The position numbers and the translations under genes are program-made. Positions 18,877 through 29,835 of a stretch of 64,000 nt of DNA are shown here, piece after piece; the stretch's first letter is position 1; each line of letters starts with the position of its first letter. Below the pieces are notes generated by a model, which saw only the letters and a list, made by a program, of their open reading frames with translations, was not told where the DNA came from and ran no database searches. Where the stretch lies: NCBI GenBank assembly GCA_017960855.1, contig JAGCYJ010000008.1:44654-108653 (forward strand). The letters are read 5' to 3'. This DNA is from Alphaproteobacteria bacterium. GTDB taxonomy: Bacteria > Pseudomonadota > Alphaproteobacteria > Rs-D84.

Positions 18877-19392
18877 CTAATCTAAAATTAGCACGAACAG
18901 CAATGTGACGATTAACAATGCGCCCAATGGCCAAACGACTTTTTGAAACGGAAACCAAGCATGTCCGCCGTTGTTTGCCTTGATTTTTTCATACCATTTG
19001 CCCGCCAGCCAAAATACCAACGAACCGACAACAACGCCCAGCAAGAACTCGTCAACGCCCCACATGGTTGTCACATTGAACACGCGTGTCGGATGCCCCG
19101 CCGGCAACACATATATCAACGCCAAGATTCCATAATACACAACATAATTAAGTAAAATCAGCAACCAGTTTGTGATTCCATGTGCGCGCATATAGTTTTC
19201 TGTCCATGCCGCCAGCGACAGCATTAAACCACCCGCCCACAAGCCCGTTATAACATCAGAAACGCCCAAGACACGTGCGCCCTCCAATCCTGCGGCAACA
19301 CCAACGGTACAAACCGGACAGAACGCATGCGCAGTTCCCGCCAAAGCGATTGTGGTGATAAATCCAAACAACCAAGACAACGATTTTTTCAT
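18877..19392 (-). CDS. Integral membrane protein, hypothetical.
   Basis: Four to five predicted TM helices. Confidence 0.5.
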   Translation of the reverse strand: MKKSLSWLFGFITTIALAGTAHAFCPVCTVGVAAGLEGARVLGVSDVITGLWAGGLMLSLAAWTENYMRAHGITNWLLILLNYVVYYGILALIYVLPAGHPTRVFNVTTMWGVDEFLLGVVVGSLVFWLAGKWYEKIKANNGGHAWFPFQKVVWPLGALLIVTLLFVLILD

Positions 19393-19442
19393 AACTATTC
19401 CTTTCCTTAACATTGCATACTACACAATTAAACGACACTGGG

Positions 19443-20288
19443 TCAATATGATTTTACGACACCGCGCATATGCGCACTGCGCGCGCGGGGATTTGATTCT
19501 GTTTCTTCGTCGCTTGGTGTGACAGCACGAATAAGTTCAAATGGGGCGGGGCGATTATTCGGCAATCGCGGATCGCCAAGTGGCGTTGTCCAATCACGAA
19601 ATGTGTTTTTAACAATTCTGTCTTCTAGTGAATGAAAAGTCACACAGATACACTTGCCGCCCGTGTTCAATTTTTCCGGCACCACCGCCAAAGCGCGTTC
19701 CAATTCGCCCATTTCATCATTGACCGCAATTCGTAATGCTTGGAACACCGGCGCAATATCATGCGGATTAAAAATCAAATCGCGCAATTCAAATGTTGTT
19801 TTAGGTAATTTTTCCTTTAATGCACGCGCCAACACGGTCGCTTTTTTAACATCACCATATTCGCGCAGTATGTGTGCCAATTCATCGGCGGACTTTTCAG
19901 CGATTAAATCTGCGGCACTTTTTCCAGATTCCGACATGCGCATATCCAGTGGCGCATCCGCCCGAAATGAAAACCCACGTTCCGCAATATCAATTTGCAT
20001 GGACGAGATACCAAGATCAAAAATAATCGCGTCAAATGATTCATCTAAATCTGATAAATGCGAAAATGTTTCAGGTATAAACCGGAACCTGTTGCCGTAT
20101 TCTGAAATCATTTTTTTGGTGTCCGCAATAACATTTGGATCGCGATCAAAGGCAACAACATCTGCACCGGCATCCAGAAAAGCACGCGAATAACCACCCG
20201 CACCAAATGTGCAATCAACAACGCGACGACCACGAATATCGCCCAAAGCTTTCAAGACCGCATCCAACAGAACAGGTATGTGTTTCAT
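19443..20288 (-). CDS. rsmH: 16S rRNA (cytosine1402-N4)-methyltransferase RsmH (MraW).
   Basis: It starts MKHIPVLLDAVLKAL and contains DCTFGAGGYSRAFL. Confidence 0.9.
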   Translation of the reverse strand: MKHIPVLLDAVLKALGDIRGRRVVDCTFGAGGYSRAFLDAGADVVAFDRDPNVIADTKKMISEYGNRFRFIPETFSHLSDLDESFDAIIFDLGISSMQIDIAERGFSFRADAPLDMRMSESGKSAADLIAEKSADELAHILREYGDVKKATVLARALKEKLPKTTFELRDLIFNPHDIAPVFQALRIAVNDEMGELERALAVVPEKLNTGGKCICVTFHSLEDRIVKNTFRDWTTPLGDPRLPNNRPAPFELIRAVTPSDEETESNPRARSAHMRGVVKSY

Positions 20289-23200
20289 TATTCTATTTCC
20301 ATTTTTATGCCCAGCGCCGCCATATCGGTTGCGGTTGTCGCGCCCAATTCAACGCCACCACCCAATCTAATTTTGGTCACAGCATCACCAGAATGCAAGT
20401 GTAATTCCACCTTGGTCGGTCCCTTTGGCAAACTTGCCAGCGACTTTTTAACATTTGGCAAAACCTTGCTGTTGGTGATATGCAAGGTCACTTTCTTTGC
20501 AATCTTTGCAACCCATTGGGTCAGCGGTATAATAGAATCAACAAAAATAGAAGTACGATCATCGCGCTTTGATGTGCGTCCAGAAATCAGAACCACACTT
20601 TCATTTTCAAGTGTTTTAGCCAATTCTATGGATGAATCACCAAACGCAACCGCATCAATACTACCCATGCTGTCGGACGCATTTATGGTTATCATATCCT
20701 TGCCGGTCTTGGTTCTGCGACGAGAAAACGAACCAACATTTGCGGCAATGTGAACCTGTTTTCTGTCGCCCAACGCGTCAAGCGTATCACTTGTTGCCAA
20801 TCCCGCGCTTTTAATTAAATGCTTATATTGATCCAACGGATGCGCCGAGATATAGAATCCCAACGCCAACAATTCATTTTCTAAACGCTGCGAAAAAGTC
20901 CACGGTGTTGTCTTGGTCAGATTTTTATGCAATCTGTCTTCGGACACATCATCTTCAATAGTATTCGCAAACAGTGATAATGAATTCGCACCGTCTTTGG
21001 ACTTTGACGCATACGACAAAATCGCATCAGCATTCATAAATATCAGCGCACGGTTTGGTTCCAACGAATCTAATGCACCAACGCGTGCAAACGCTTCTAG
21101 TATTCTTTTATTCATAAATGGCGCACAACGTTTTGCAAAATCGGTCAGGTTCTTGAATCTACCATGTTCCACACGTTCGCGCACAATAACATCAGTTGCA
21201 GCGACCCCGACACCCTTTATTGCTGCCAAACCATAGACGATTTTTCCATCATGCACAGTGAACAATGATTCACTGTTGTTGATATCTGGTGGAACAATTT
21301 GGATGCCGAAATTGCTTTTCGCATCATCTATCAACAAGAGCAATTTTTCCGTCGCGTTCAGTTCGCTGGACATTGCTGCAGCCAAAAATTCGGGTGTATA
21401 GTTTGCCTTCAGATATGCACACTGGTTCGCGACAATAGAATAGGCGATAGCGTGTGATTTGTTAAACGCATATTCCGCGAACTTCTTAAACTTTTCCCAC
21501 AACTCTTTTGCTTGCTTGTTATCCAGCGTTCCTTTCTTTTCGCAACCTTCAAGGAACTTTACCTCTAGTTCCGCCAGCAATTCCAATTTCTTTTTACCCA
21601 TGGCCTTGCGCACAGTATCAGATTGACCGCGGGTAAAATCCGCCAACGCACGCGTCAACAACATAACCTGTTCTTGATACACGATAATGCCATAGGTTTC
21701 TTTTAAGATTGGTTCCGCCAACGGATGCACATATTCAATTTCTTCTTCGCCGTGCATACGCGCAATAAATTGTGGAATATACTGAATTGGTCCCGGACGG
21801 TTCAACGCGTTAAGAGCGGATATTTCCAAGAAACTTGTTGGACGCATTTTGCGCAAGGTCTGTTTCACGAACGGGGCATCAAATTGGAATATGCCTTCGG
21901 TGAAGCCATTTTGCCAAAGTTCAATTGTCTTTTTGTCATCAGTCGGTATCGTGTCCAGATTCACATTTATACCACGTGTCTGTTGAATCAACTTTACCGC
22001 GTTCTTTAACACGACCAGTGTTTCCAACCCCAAAAAGTCAAACTTGATTAAACCAGTCGCTTCCAAATAGTGTCCGTCATATTGACTGGACGGCAGTGGG
22101 TTAGACGGGTCGCGATACACCGGCGCAATTTGCGTTGTTGGGCGGTCGCCAATAACAACACCGCATGCGTGTTGCCCCAGGTTTCTGAACGAGCCCTCTA
22201 ATTCTTCGGCGATTTCAACGACTTTCTTCATATCCGCGTCGCCATCCAAAATACCTTGGATTTCAGACGAAGAATCAACCGCACCCTTTAGTGTCTTTGC
22301 GTCATCTGGTATCAACTTGGTAAATCTGTCGGTCTTGGAATACGGCATACCATACACACGACCAACATCACGAATTGCCCCCTTGGCCTTTAACCCGCCA
22401 AATGTGATAATACGGCATACTGATTCCGCACCATATTTATCGCACACGTGTTTAAGGACGGTTTCAATACCCTCTGGTTCAAAGTCAACGTCAAAATCGG
22501 GCATGGAAATACGATCCGGGTTCAAGAAACGTTCAAACAGCAATCCGTACTTCAATGGATTGACATGCGTAATACCCAACGCCCACGCAATAATAGAACC
22601 AGCCCCCGAACCACGACCAGGGCCCGTTAAAATATCATTGTTCCGGCACCAGTTGATGTATTCCGCAACGATAAGAAAATAACCCGGGAATCCCATACCA
22701 ATAACAACACCTAATTCAAATTCGGCTTGGTCATAGTATGGTTTTGTGTCTTTGATTTTGTGTTCTTTCAAGCGACGTTTCAGACCGTCCATGGTATTGT
22801 CGCGCAACATTTGACACTCGGCTTCAAAGTCCTTTCCAAAGCGGGGCAACAATGGTTTTTCATGAACATTGACCATAAATCCACAGCGGTTCGCAATTAC
22901 AACCGTATTTTCAATCGCTTCGGGCAAGTCGGAAAACAATTCCATCATTTCCGCAGTGGTCTTGAAATACTGTTCCGAAGATTTGCGCGGGCGGTTCGGA
23001 TCAATAACCTTGGTCTGACCAAGAATACAGGACAGGGCATCCGTCGCTTCGTAATCTGCCTTGGTTGCAAAACAAACATCGTTTGTCGCAACAATCGGTA
23101 TATTCAACTCGTGCGCTATGCTTAAAAACGCGGGCTCGGTCTTGATTTCGTTTTCAAGACCATGACGCTGAATCTCTATATAAAACCGATCACCGAATAT

Positions 23201-23746
23201 ATCAAGGAAACGACGCGCATATGTTCGTGCCAGTGCGTCTTGCTTGTTCAAAATCGCCATACCCAATGGTCCGTCATGCGCACCCGACAAACAAATTATA
23301 CCATTCGCATGCGATTGCAATTCGTCCAATGTGATATATGGTCCCAAATGGTGATTTTCTTCACGCATATACATTATGCGCGACAATTCGCACAGATTTA
23401 AATAACCGTCATGATTTTGTGCCAACAAAACAATCTTGCTTAAACTGGACACACGCAGAATCTTTGGGTCGGCGGTGTGATGATTCAGCGAAAGTTCCAC
23501 ACCAATAATTGGTTGCAGGTGTTTTGACGGCATCGCATCTGAAAACTCGGCGCAGCCAGACATCAAATTAGTATCGGTAAGCGCGCACGCCGTCATACCA
23601 TCGGCAATACACATCGCGGGTATGGTTTTTGCAACCATTTCCGGTGGTGCCTTTTTACCGGCTTGTATTGCCAGCGTTGACGCGCCGATAGAAAGCCGTG
23701 TGTGCGTATGAAGATGAACAAACTGTCCTGCCATGTGCGATACCAT
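20288..23746 (-). CDS. dnaE: DNA polymerase III alpha subunit.
   Basis: 1152 aa, with the PHP domain HLHTHT and the polymerase core. Confidence 0.95.
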   Translation of the reverse strand: MVSHMAGQFVHLHTHTRLSIGASTLAIQAGKKAPPEMVAKTIPAMCIADGMTACALTDTNLMSGCAEFSDAMPSKHLQPIIGVELSLNHHTADPKILRVSSLSKIVLLAQNHDGYLNLCELSRIMYMREENHHLGPYITLDELQSHANGIICLSGAHDGPLGMAILNKQDALARTYARRFLDIFGDRFYIEIQRHGLENEIKTEPAFLSIAHELNIPIVATNDVCFATKADYEATDALSCILGQTKVIDPNRPRKSSEQYFKTTAEMMELFSDLPEAIENTVVIANRCGFMVNVHEKPLLPRFGKDFEAECQMLRDNTMDGLKRRLKEHKIKDTKPYYDQAEFELGVVIGMGFPGYFLIVAEYINWCRNNDILTGPGRGSGAGSIIAWALGITHVNPLKYGLLFERFLNPDRISMPDFDVDFEPEGIETVLKHVCDKYGAESVCRIITFGGLKAKGAIRDVGRVYGMPYSKTDRFTKLIPDDAKTLKGAVDSSSEIQGILDGDADMKKVVEIAEELEGSFRNLGQHACGVVIGDRPTTQIAPVYRDPSNPLPSSQYDGHYLEATGLIKFDFLGLETLVVLKNAVKLIQQTRGINVNLDTIPTDDKKTIELWQNGFTEGIFQFDAPFVKQTLRKMRPTSFLEISALNALNRPGPIQYIPQFIARMHGEEEIEYVHPLAEPILKETYGIIVYQEQVMLLTRALADFTRGQSDTVRKAMGKKKLELLAELEVKFLEGCEKKGTLDNKQAKELWEKFKKFAEYAFNKSHAIAYSIVANQCAYLKANYTPEFLAAAMSSELNATEKLLLLIDDAKSNFGIQIVPPDINNSESLFTVHDGKIVYGLAAIKGVGVAATDVIVRERVEHGRFKNLTDFAKRCAPFMNKRILEAFARVGALDSLEPNRALIFMNADAILSYASKSKDGANSLSLFANTIEDDVSEDRLHKNLTKTTPWTFSQRLENELLALGFYISAHPLDQYKHLIKSAGLATSDTLDALGDRKQVHIAANVGSFSRRRTKTGKDMITINASDSMGSIDAVAFGDSSIELAKTLENESVVLISGRTSKRDDRTSIFVDSIIPLTQWVAKIAKKVTLHITNSKVLPNVKKSLASLPKGPTKVELHLHSGDAVTKIRLGGGVELGATTATDMAALGIKMEIE

Positions 23747-23811
23747 ATCAAAAAATAATGGGGTGGGGCAACCACATTATTCCTAAAAATTATGTTGACA
23801 GGGGAAATTTT

Positions 23812-24537
23812 TTACCCCCGATATTGATTCCAAAAACGCATGAATATTCGCCAGTCCGTTTCTGGATTATTGGCAATAGACAACGCGTCCCAATCAATAG
23901 CGGAAATGATATTCAATTTATCATCAAATAAGAAATTAGTAAGGTTCATATCAAAATGCCCCAATACCCGACGACACTTTTTACATGGCAATTCTGGATA
24001 ACGGCGATCTTGCATATTGGTCAAGTACCGTTCATTGTTTGGAATCTTTTCAACATCAACCGATTGCAACTGTTTAATAATGTTGGAAATCTGGTCAAAA
24101 ATGTGTTTTTCGTTCTTTAATACGACCGATTTTTTAAACGAACTGATTTCACGACCGACATTTTTGGCGCACGCATACATAGGCAATTTTTTATCCACAA
24201 CAACCTTTGGAATATCAACATGGATATATGGGCGAATATAATCCATTAGAAAGACAAAATCGCGAATCTGTTGATTGGTGACATTGCGAAAGATTTTGAC
24301 ATAGTATTTATCATTAACAACACCAACAACACGATTCAGTGTCCGCTGGCGCACAAAGCGCAGTGTCTTTAACCGTTCGCCATATTCACGACGAATAAAA
24401 CGCGCAATCCATGGACGAAACAAAATCAGATTTATCTTTCCACGAAATCGCGCGCGACGAACCGACCCCGGCACCAAACATGCCAAAGTATTTCCGATAA
24501 AGAACGGTACAGTGTGCATATTATGCCAACTTGCCAT
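23812..24537 (-). CDS. Kdo / lipopolysaccharide-kinase-like protein kinase family protein.
   Basis: 241 aa. It has a catalytic-loop-like HFDMNLTNFLF and a DFG-like IDWD. This length is typical of KdkA. Tentative. Confidence 0.4.
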   Translation of the reverse strand: MASWHNMHTVPFFIGNTLACLVPGSVRRARFRGKINLILFRPWIARFIRREYGERLKTLRFVRQRTLNRVVGVVNDKYYVKIFRNVTNQQIRDFVFLMDYIRPYIHVDIPKVVVDKKLPMYACAKNVGREISSFKKSVVLKNEKHIFDQISNIIKQLQSVDVEKIPNNERYLTNMQDRRYPELPCKKCRRVLGHFDMNLTNFLFDDKLNIISAIDWDALSIANNPETDWRIFMRFWNQYRG

Positions 24538-27127
24538 GACAATGTTTGTATTTCAAACCAGAACCACACGGGCAGGGTGCATTACGACGCGCCTCGGTTG
24601 ATTGGTTCATATCTGCATCGTGTTTTGCTTGTTCTGCCGCGCGTGCGTCAACATTTTCACGCGTCAATTCCATGCGACAGATATACGACACAGACATCAG
24701 TTTGAAATTGTTTATTGTGTTTCTGAATAATCCCAACGCTTCGCGTTTGTATTCATACAGTGGATTCTTTTGTGCATAACCACGCAGACCGATTGCTGTT
24801 TGCAAATAATCCATCTGTTGCAAGTGGCGTTTCCAAACACCGTCCAACGCACCCAACATCATTTGACGCGATGCCATCTGCATAAGTTCGGTACCATACT
24901 TTTCGGCCTGTTGTTCATAACGACGCAACGCCAAATTATTCAAAACCTCAAACGCTTTACGTTCTGTGATTTCTTCATCGGTTTTCCAATTTTCAATATC
25001 GGTTATATCCAACGCAAATGTACGCAACATTGTGTCATGAATGCCACTGATATTCCAATCTGCTGGCATGGCTTTTTCTGGAATATTGTTTTCGCAAATC
25101 ATTTCAACAACATCACCAATCATTTCACGTGCAAGACCGCTTAAATCTTCGGAAGTCATCAAATCATCACGTTGTTTATAAACGACGCCACGTTGTTCAT
25201 TCATAACGTCATCATATTTCAGTAATTCTTTACGCATTTCAAAATAGCGCGCTTCTACACGTTTCTGTGCCTTTTCCAACGCCTTGGTTATCCAAGGGTG
25301 TGTAATTGCTTCGCCAGGTTTCAACCCCAATGTCGTTAACATACCGTTCAAACGCGCTGCACCAAATATACGCATTAAATCGTCATCCAGTGCAAGGAAG
25401 AATTTAGAATCACCTGGGTCACCCTGGCGTCCAGAACGACCACGCAACTGATTATCAATACGACGAGATTCGTGTCTTTCTGTTCCGATTACGTACAAAC
25501 CGCCAGCATCCAACACAAGTTTCTTATTTGCTTCAATTGTGTCATATATCTCTTTCTTTTTACTTTCAAAATCTTTTGCGTCTTTATCCAGTGCCGCAAT
25601 CAATTCTTCGGCATTACCACCCAATTTAAGATCGGTTCCACGTCCTGCCATATTGGTTGCAATTGTGACCGCGCCTGGCGCACCGGCCTGGGCAACAATC
25701 TTCGCTTCGGATTCATGATGCTTGGCGTTCAGAACCGCTGGATTTATCCCCAATTCAGAACGCACCAGTGCCGCCAACTCTTCGGACTTTTCAATAGACA
25801 CCGTACCAACCAACACAGGTTGCTTGCGCGACATACAATCTTTTATCTGTGCCAAAATGGCCGCGTATTTTTCATCTTTGTTGCGGTATATTTCGTCATG
25901 GTGATCAATACGCGCAACTGGACGATTTGTCGGAATTGACACAACACGCAGTTTATAGATTTCTTCAAACTCTGCCGCTTCAGTCATGGCGGTACCGGTC
26001 ATACCAGCCAATGTTTCATACAAACGGAACAAGTTCTGATACGAAATACTGGACACTGTTTGGTTTTCCGGCTGAACAGCCACGTGTTCTTTGGCCTCAA
26101 TTGCTTGGTGCAAACCTTTACCGAAACGACGACCCGTCATAACACGACCAGTAAATTCATCAACAATCAAAACTTCGCCATTACGCACAACATAATTCAC
26201 ATTCTTTTGATACAAATGGTGCGCCAACAAAGATTGCTGGATATGCATAACCAACGCAGCATTTTCAGATGCATACAGATTATCGCCAACCAACAAATCT
26301 GCTTCTTTTAACAAGCGGGTGACATTATCAACACCAGCTTCGGTCAATGTCACATGGCGATCTTTTTCATCTTTCTTGAAATCGTCTGGTCCCAATTTTA
26401 CGACAACATCGTCAACACGCGCATACAGTTGGCTGACATCTTCGGCCGGGCCGGAAATGATAAGCGGGGTGCGTGCCTCATCAATCAAAATACTATCAAC
26501 TTCGTCAACGATACCAAAGAACAGTGGACGCAAAACTTGTTGCTCCTTGGAAAACTTCATATTGTCGCGCAGATAATCAAAACCCAATTCAGAATTAGTC
26601 ACATAAGTGATATCACACGCATACGCGGCACGACGTTCTTCGTCGGTCATATCGTGCTGAATAACCCCAACGGAAAGACCCAAGAAACGATAAATCTGAC
26701 CCATCCAGTTCGCGTCACGCGATGCAAGGTAGTCGTTCACCGTAATCAAATGCGCGCCTTTGCCATATAACGCTTTCAAGAACATAGCCAAAGTTGCGAC
26801 CAGTGTTTTACCTTCACCGGTTTTCATTTCCGCAATTTGACCATCGTTCAAAACCATACCACCAATCAACTGCACATTAAAATGGCGCATACCAACGGTA
26901 CGAATTGCGGCTTCGCGTACCAATGCAAACGCGTCTGGCAAAATAGATTTTTCTTTTTCACCACCGTTCAGACGTTCCCGCAACGCCACAGTTTGCGCGC
27001 GTAATTCGTCATCACTCATTGCGTGATATTTAGGTTCCAAATCATTTATAATTGAAACAGTTTTGTCATAAGATTTAACTAATCTGTCGTTTGCCGACCC
27101 CAGTAACCTTGTTAAAATATTCAACAT
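24521..27127 (-). CDS. secA: Preprotein translocase ATPase SecA.
   Basis: 868 aa with a C-terminal zinc finger, CPCGSGLKYKHCHG. Confidence 0.95.
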   Translation of the reverse strand: MLNILTRLLGSANDRLVKSYDKTVSIINDLEPKYHAMSDDELRAQTVALRERLNGGEKEKSILPDAFALVREAAIRTVGMRHFNVQLIGGMVLNDGQIAEMKTGEGKTLVATLAMFLKALYGKGAHLITVNDYLASRDANWMGQIYRFLGLSVGVIQHDMTDEERRAAYACDITYVTNSELGFDYLRDNMKFSKEQQVLRPLFFGIVDEVDSILIDEARTPLIISGPAEDVSQLYARVDDVVVKLGPDDFKKDEKDRHVTLTEAGVDNVTRLLKEADLLVGDNLYASENAALVMHIQQSLLAHHLYQKNVNYVVRNGEVLIVDEFTGRVMTGRRFGKGLHQAIEAKEHVAVQPENQTVSSISYQNLFRLYETLAGMTGTAMTEAAEFEEIYKLRVVSIPTNRPVARIDHHDEIYRNKDEKYAAILAQIKDCMSRKQPVLVGTVSIEKSEELAALVRSELGINPAVLNAKHHESEAKIVAQAGAPGAVTIATNMAGRGTDLKLGGNAEELIAALDKDAKDFESKKKEIYDTIEANKKLVLDAGGLYVIGTERHESRRIDNQLRGRSGRQGDPGDSKFFLALDDDLMRIFGAARLNGMLTTLGLKPGEAITHPWITKALEKAQKRVEARYFEMRKELLKYDDVMNEQRGVVYKQRDDLMTSEDLSGLAREMIGDVVEMICENNIPEKAMPADWNISGIHDTMLRTFALDITDIENWKTDEEITERKAFEVLNNLALRRYEQQAEKYGTELMQMASRQMMLGALDGVWKRHLQQMDYLQTAIGLRGYAQKNPLYEYKREALGLFRNTINNFKLMSVSYICRMELTRENVDARAAEQAKHDADMNQSTEARRNAPCPCGSGLKYKHCHGKLA

Positions 27128-27327
27128 TTTTTATTTTCCTTGTCTTTTATCAGGAAATGTATAGCAATTTTGCGCCTTTCCGTCAAGTTCCTTTATCATA
27201 TAATGCACATATTCGTCTGGTACAAGTGCCATTTTTTATTAAAATCACAAATTTTGAAATATTTATGTGAAAAATGGCAAAAAATATGGTATATTATGCT
27301 TGAAAATAAAGCAGGGGGGATTTTATC

Positions 27328-27537
27328 ATGCGGGCACCAGTAAGACCATTAAGTACTGCGGACATAACCAGCGAAGTTTTTGTTATTTCACCGGCTCAAA
27401 TTGACTATATTGCACGGGTTTTTGGCGACGGCGTTGCGGACGCTATGAATATGCGCGCCTTTGCCGGCAAAATTCGTGAAATCGCGAACCAATCTTTGCG
27501 TCATGCATTAAACAGCGCACGCCACATGGGCGAGTAA
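27328..27537 (+). CDS. Small hypothetical ORF (69 aa) upstream of rnpB.
   Basis: ORF only. Confidence 0.2.
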   Translation: MRAPVRPLSTADITSEVFVISPAQIDYIARVFGDGVADAMNMRAFAGKIREIANQSLRHALNSARHMGE

Positions 27538-27580
27538 TTAAAAACACTTGAAAACCCGTATTTTTGCACTAATATTTAAC

Positions 27581-27889
27581 TGTCAGATGGACAGGGCATA
27601 GCCGTCGCATTTTGTGGCGGAGGACAGTCCGGACTGCACGGGACGACATACAGGTTAACGACCTGGCGGGGTGACCCGACGATTAGAGGAACAGTAACGT
27701 AAGCGATTAAATTCGTTTGAAACGGCCAATCTCTATGTGCAGCAACTTCAAATAGGCCACCAATTGATTGTCCCGATCAGGTGGCGGGTAGAGGGCTTGA
27801 CGCCCGATGGTAACATTGGGTGCAGATTAATTATGTCCGCTGGTTTAATTTTGAATCAGTACAGAATCCGGCTTATCGTTTATCTGGTA
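27581..27889 (+). ncRNA. rnpB: RNase P RNA (bacterial type A).
   Basis: It has the conserved P4 strands GGAGGACAGTCCGGACT and ACAGAATCCGGCTTATCG. Against E. coli M1 these correspond to GAGGAAAGUCCGGGCU and ACAGAACCCGGCUUA. P1 pairs TGTCAGATGG with TTATCTGGTA. A terminator follows. Confidence 0.75.
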
Positions 27890-27891
27890 AT

Positions 27892-27925
27892 AAAAATCGC
27901 GCCCAACGGCGCGTTTTTATTTTAT
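27892..27925. terminator. Rho-independent terminator, bidirectional (rnpB and the M14 gene).
   Basis: AAATCGCGCCCAACGGCGCGTTTTTATTTT. Confidence 0.55.
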
Positions 27926-29053
27926 ACGACCGGTATTCATACTGGCAACCAATGCATCAAACATAATCTCGGCGTTTTTAAGTGCTGCGGCACGCCATCC
28001 ATTATCAGACGGATACCAACTTTCCGTCAAGTGTTCCCAAGTTGTTGGATTTATCTTTCCATAATGCAACAAATCATACCGCGCATCACCCATATCCATA
28101 CGTTTGTTCACCGGTGACATTATTGGGTATTCACCGGTACCAATTTCCAAATCTGCCGTTCGAATCGGTATGTCGCGCGATTTATAACGCGATTCCAAAC
28201 AATTAACCAAATCACCAATAAGTGTTGGCAACAATATAGCGTTTTCGTCTGGAACAATCGACATCTTGTTCATAGTGATAGATTTAAAAAATTCGGTATT
28301 TTTGTGCCAAGAAGGGTGCGACACCAACAATTGTCCTGTTGCCCGACCAGATTTACGCCAAAAGCGTCCCAGACCTGTATGCAAACCAATTGAAGTCAAT
28401 GATTTTGCGTCGCCCGACATAATCTGGTCATAGATATGCATTGTCATTTGATTTTCAATCATTGGCGCCGCACCACCATAGAACAACCCATACGGATGCT
28501 TATATTGCCCGTTACTTATTGCCGCCCAAACACCATCGTGTAAGTGTGCATCACGAAATGCCTTTATTGCCTTTTTCTTTTTAATTTCGTCTGGTGGCGA
28601 TAACAACAAGTCATGCGCCAAATCATATTTAGAATTTTGCGGCAGCATATTTGGGCGCGAAAAATCTACGCCAAAGTTTCGGTTTAAATCAACCAGTGCG
28701 CCACCATGTTCAAAATCGCGCACTTCGCGCATACGGTGTTGCATTCCCCAACCATTTATGATGTGAATCAGTACGATTGTATAATCATCAAGAATTTTGC
28801 TATCTAATTTCGGCACAAATTTATCAAGAAACATATTCTGTGCAGCACTGCCGAAATACCCTTCGATTCCATGAACGCCGGAATTTATAACAACTTTGTG
28901 CGGACCTTCACCAATCAAGACATATGGTATATCATATTTTGTTTTATCGGAAACGCACCACCGCAACACACCAATTCCCGACATGGCGTTCTTGTAGAAA
29001 CGCTCGGTCGCATCATACCAATTTTCAGAAAAATATTCAGGCACAGGGTTCAC
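27917..29053 (-). CDS. M14-family zinc carboxypeptidase-like protein.
   Basis: It contains SGVHGIEGY (HxxE) and GVDLNRNF (the M14 NRNF motif). Confidence 0.5.
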   Translation of the reverse strand: MNPVPEYFSENWYDATERFYKNAMSGIGVLRWCVSDKTKYDIPYVLIGEGPHKVVINSGVHGIEGYFGSAAQNMFLDKFVPKLDSKILDDYTIVLIHIINGWGMQHRMREVRDFEHGGALVDLNRNFGVDFSRPNMLPQNSKYDLAHDLLLSPPDEIKKKKAIKAFRDAHLHDGVWAAISNGQYKHPYGLFYGGAAPMIENQMTMHIYDQIMSGDAKSLTSIGLHTGLGRFWRKSGRATGQLLVSHPSWHKNTEFFKSITMNKMSIVPDENAILLPTLIGDLVNCLESRYKSRDIPIRTADLEIGTGEYPIMSPVNKRMDMGDARYDLLHYGKINPTTWEHLTESWYPSDNGWRAAALKNAEIMFDALVASMNTGRIK

Positions 29054-29073
29054 CTTTGGTTACCCTACATTCA

Positions 29074-29835
29074 CTACATAACTTTGCCACTTGTGGGATA
29101 AAAGGTCAATTGAATCTTTTCCCACTTTTCAAACTCATTTTCCGGCAACATACGCAACGGCTGACAAGTATTTATCGCCGCACGAATTGTGTCCAACACA
29201 TAGGCAAACGCAGGATCGGTTTCTGCGCGCGCAGCCGATTCAAACCACACATCGCGTACCGTTCCGTTTTTGCGCATTGTCAAATGTGCAACCGCGCGAA
29301 TGTCCGATATATCAGGACGATTCTTGTCAATCACCCAACAACGTGTCATTGCAACGCGCAGGGCATCAACCACCGAAACATTTAATGTGCGATTTAACGA
29401 AACGCTTTCACGGTTCACGCGAATGACCATTTTCTTTTTAGGTGCCGCCGGCATAGGTTCAACCTTGTCTGGTTCCGGTGTTGGTTCTGCTTTTTTATCT
29501 GGTTTTGCTTCGGGTTCCGGATCCACCAATGACGGTGTTTCAATTTCTTTTTCCGGTGCATCCGGTGCCGGTGCGGGTTCCGGTTCAGATGTTTGTTCCG
29601 GTTTTACATCCGGTGTTTTATCTTCAATTGGGTTAGTGTTATAAAGTTTTGTTTCATCACCCGATACCTTTACAGAATTCAAATCTATTTCCATAATCTG
29701 AATACGGTCGGGTGCAACCAACATTGCGCGATTCACCAATACCGCAAACGATGTCACCATTATTGCAATCAAAATCAAATGTCCGATCAGGGACACCATC
29801 AGATTTTCCAGTGAAAATTGCTTGTCTTGGTTCAT
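29074..29835 (-). CDS. tolA: TolA-like protein, short.
   Basis: It has an N-terminal TM helix, a Pro/Glu/Lys-rich spacer and a C-terminal domain. It occupies the tolA position after tolQ-tolR. Confidence 0.55.
   Translation of the reverse strand: MNQDKQFSLENLMVSLIGHLILIAIMVTSFAVLVNRAMLVAPDRIQIMEIDLNSVKVSGDETKLYNTNPIEDKTPDVKPEQTSEPEPAPAPDAPEKEIETPSLVDPEPEAKPDKKAEPTPEPDKVEPMPAAPKKKMVIRVNRESVSLNRTLNVSVVDALRVAMTRCWVIDKNRPDISDIRAVAHLTMRKNGTVRDVWFESAARAETDPAFAYVLDTIRAAINTCQPLRMLPENEFEKWEKIQLTFYPTSGKVM

Noticed and set aside
20280-23401. Several plus-strand ORFs (89-157 aa) inside dnaE
   Set aside because: They are antisense to a full-length, motif-complete DNA polymerase III alpha gene.
27737-28117. 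126-aa ORF
   Set aside because: It overlaps the RNase P RNA gene and its terminator on the same strand and then runs antisense into the M14 gene. It was replaced by the rnpB call.
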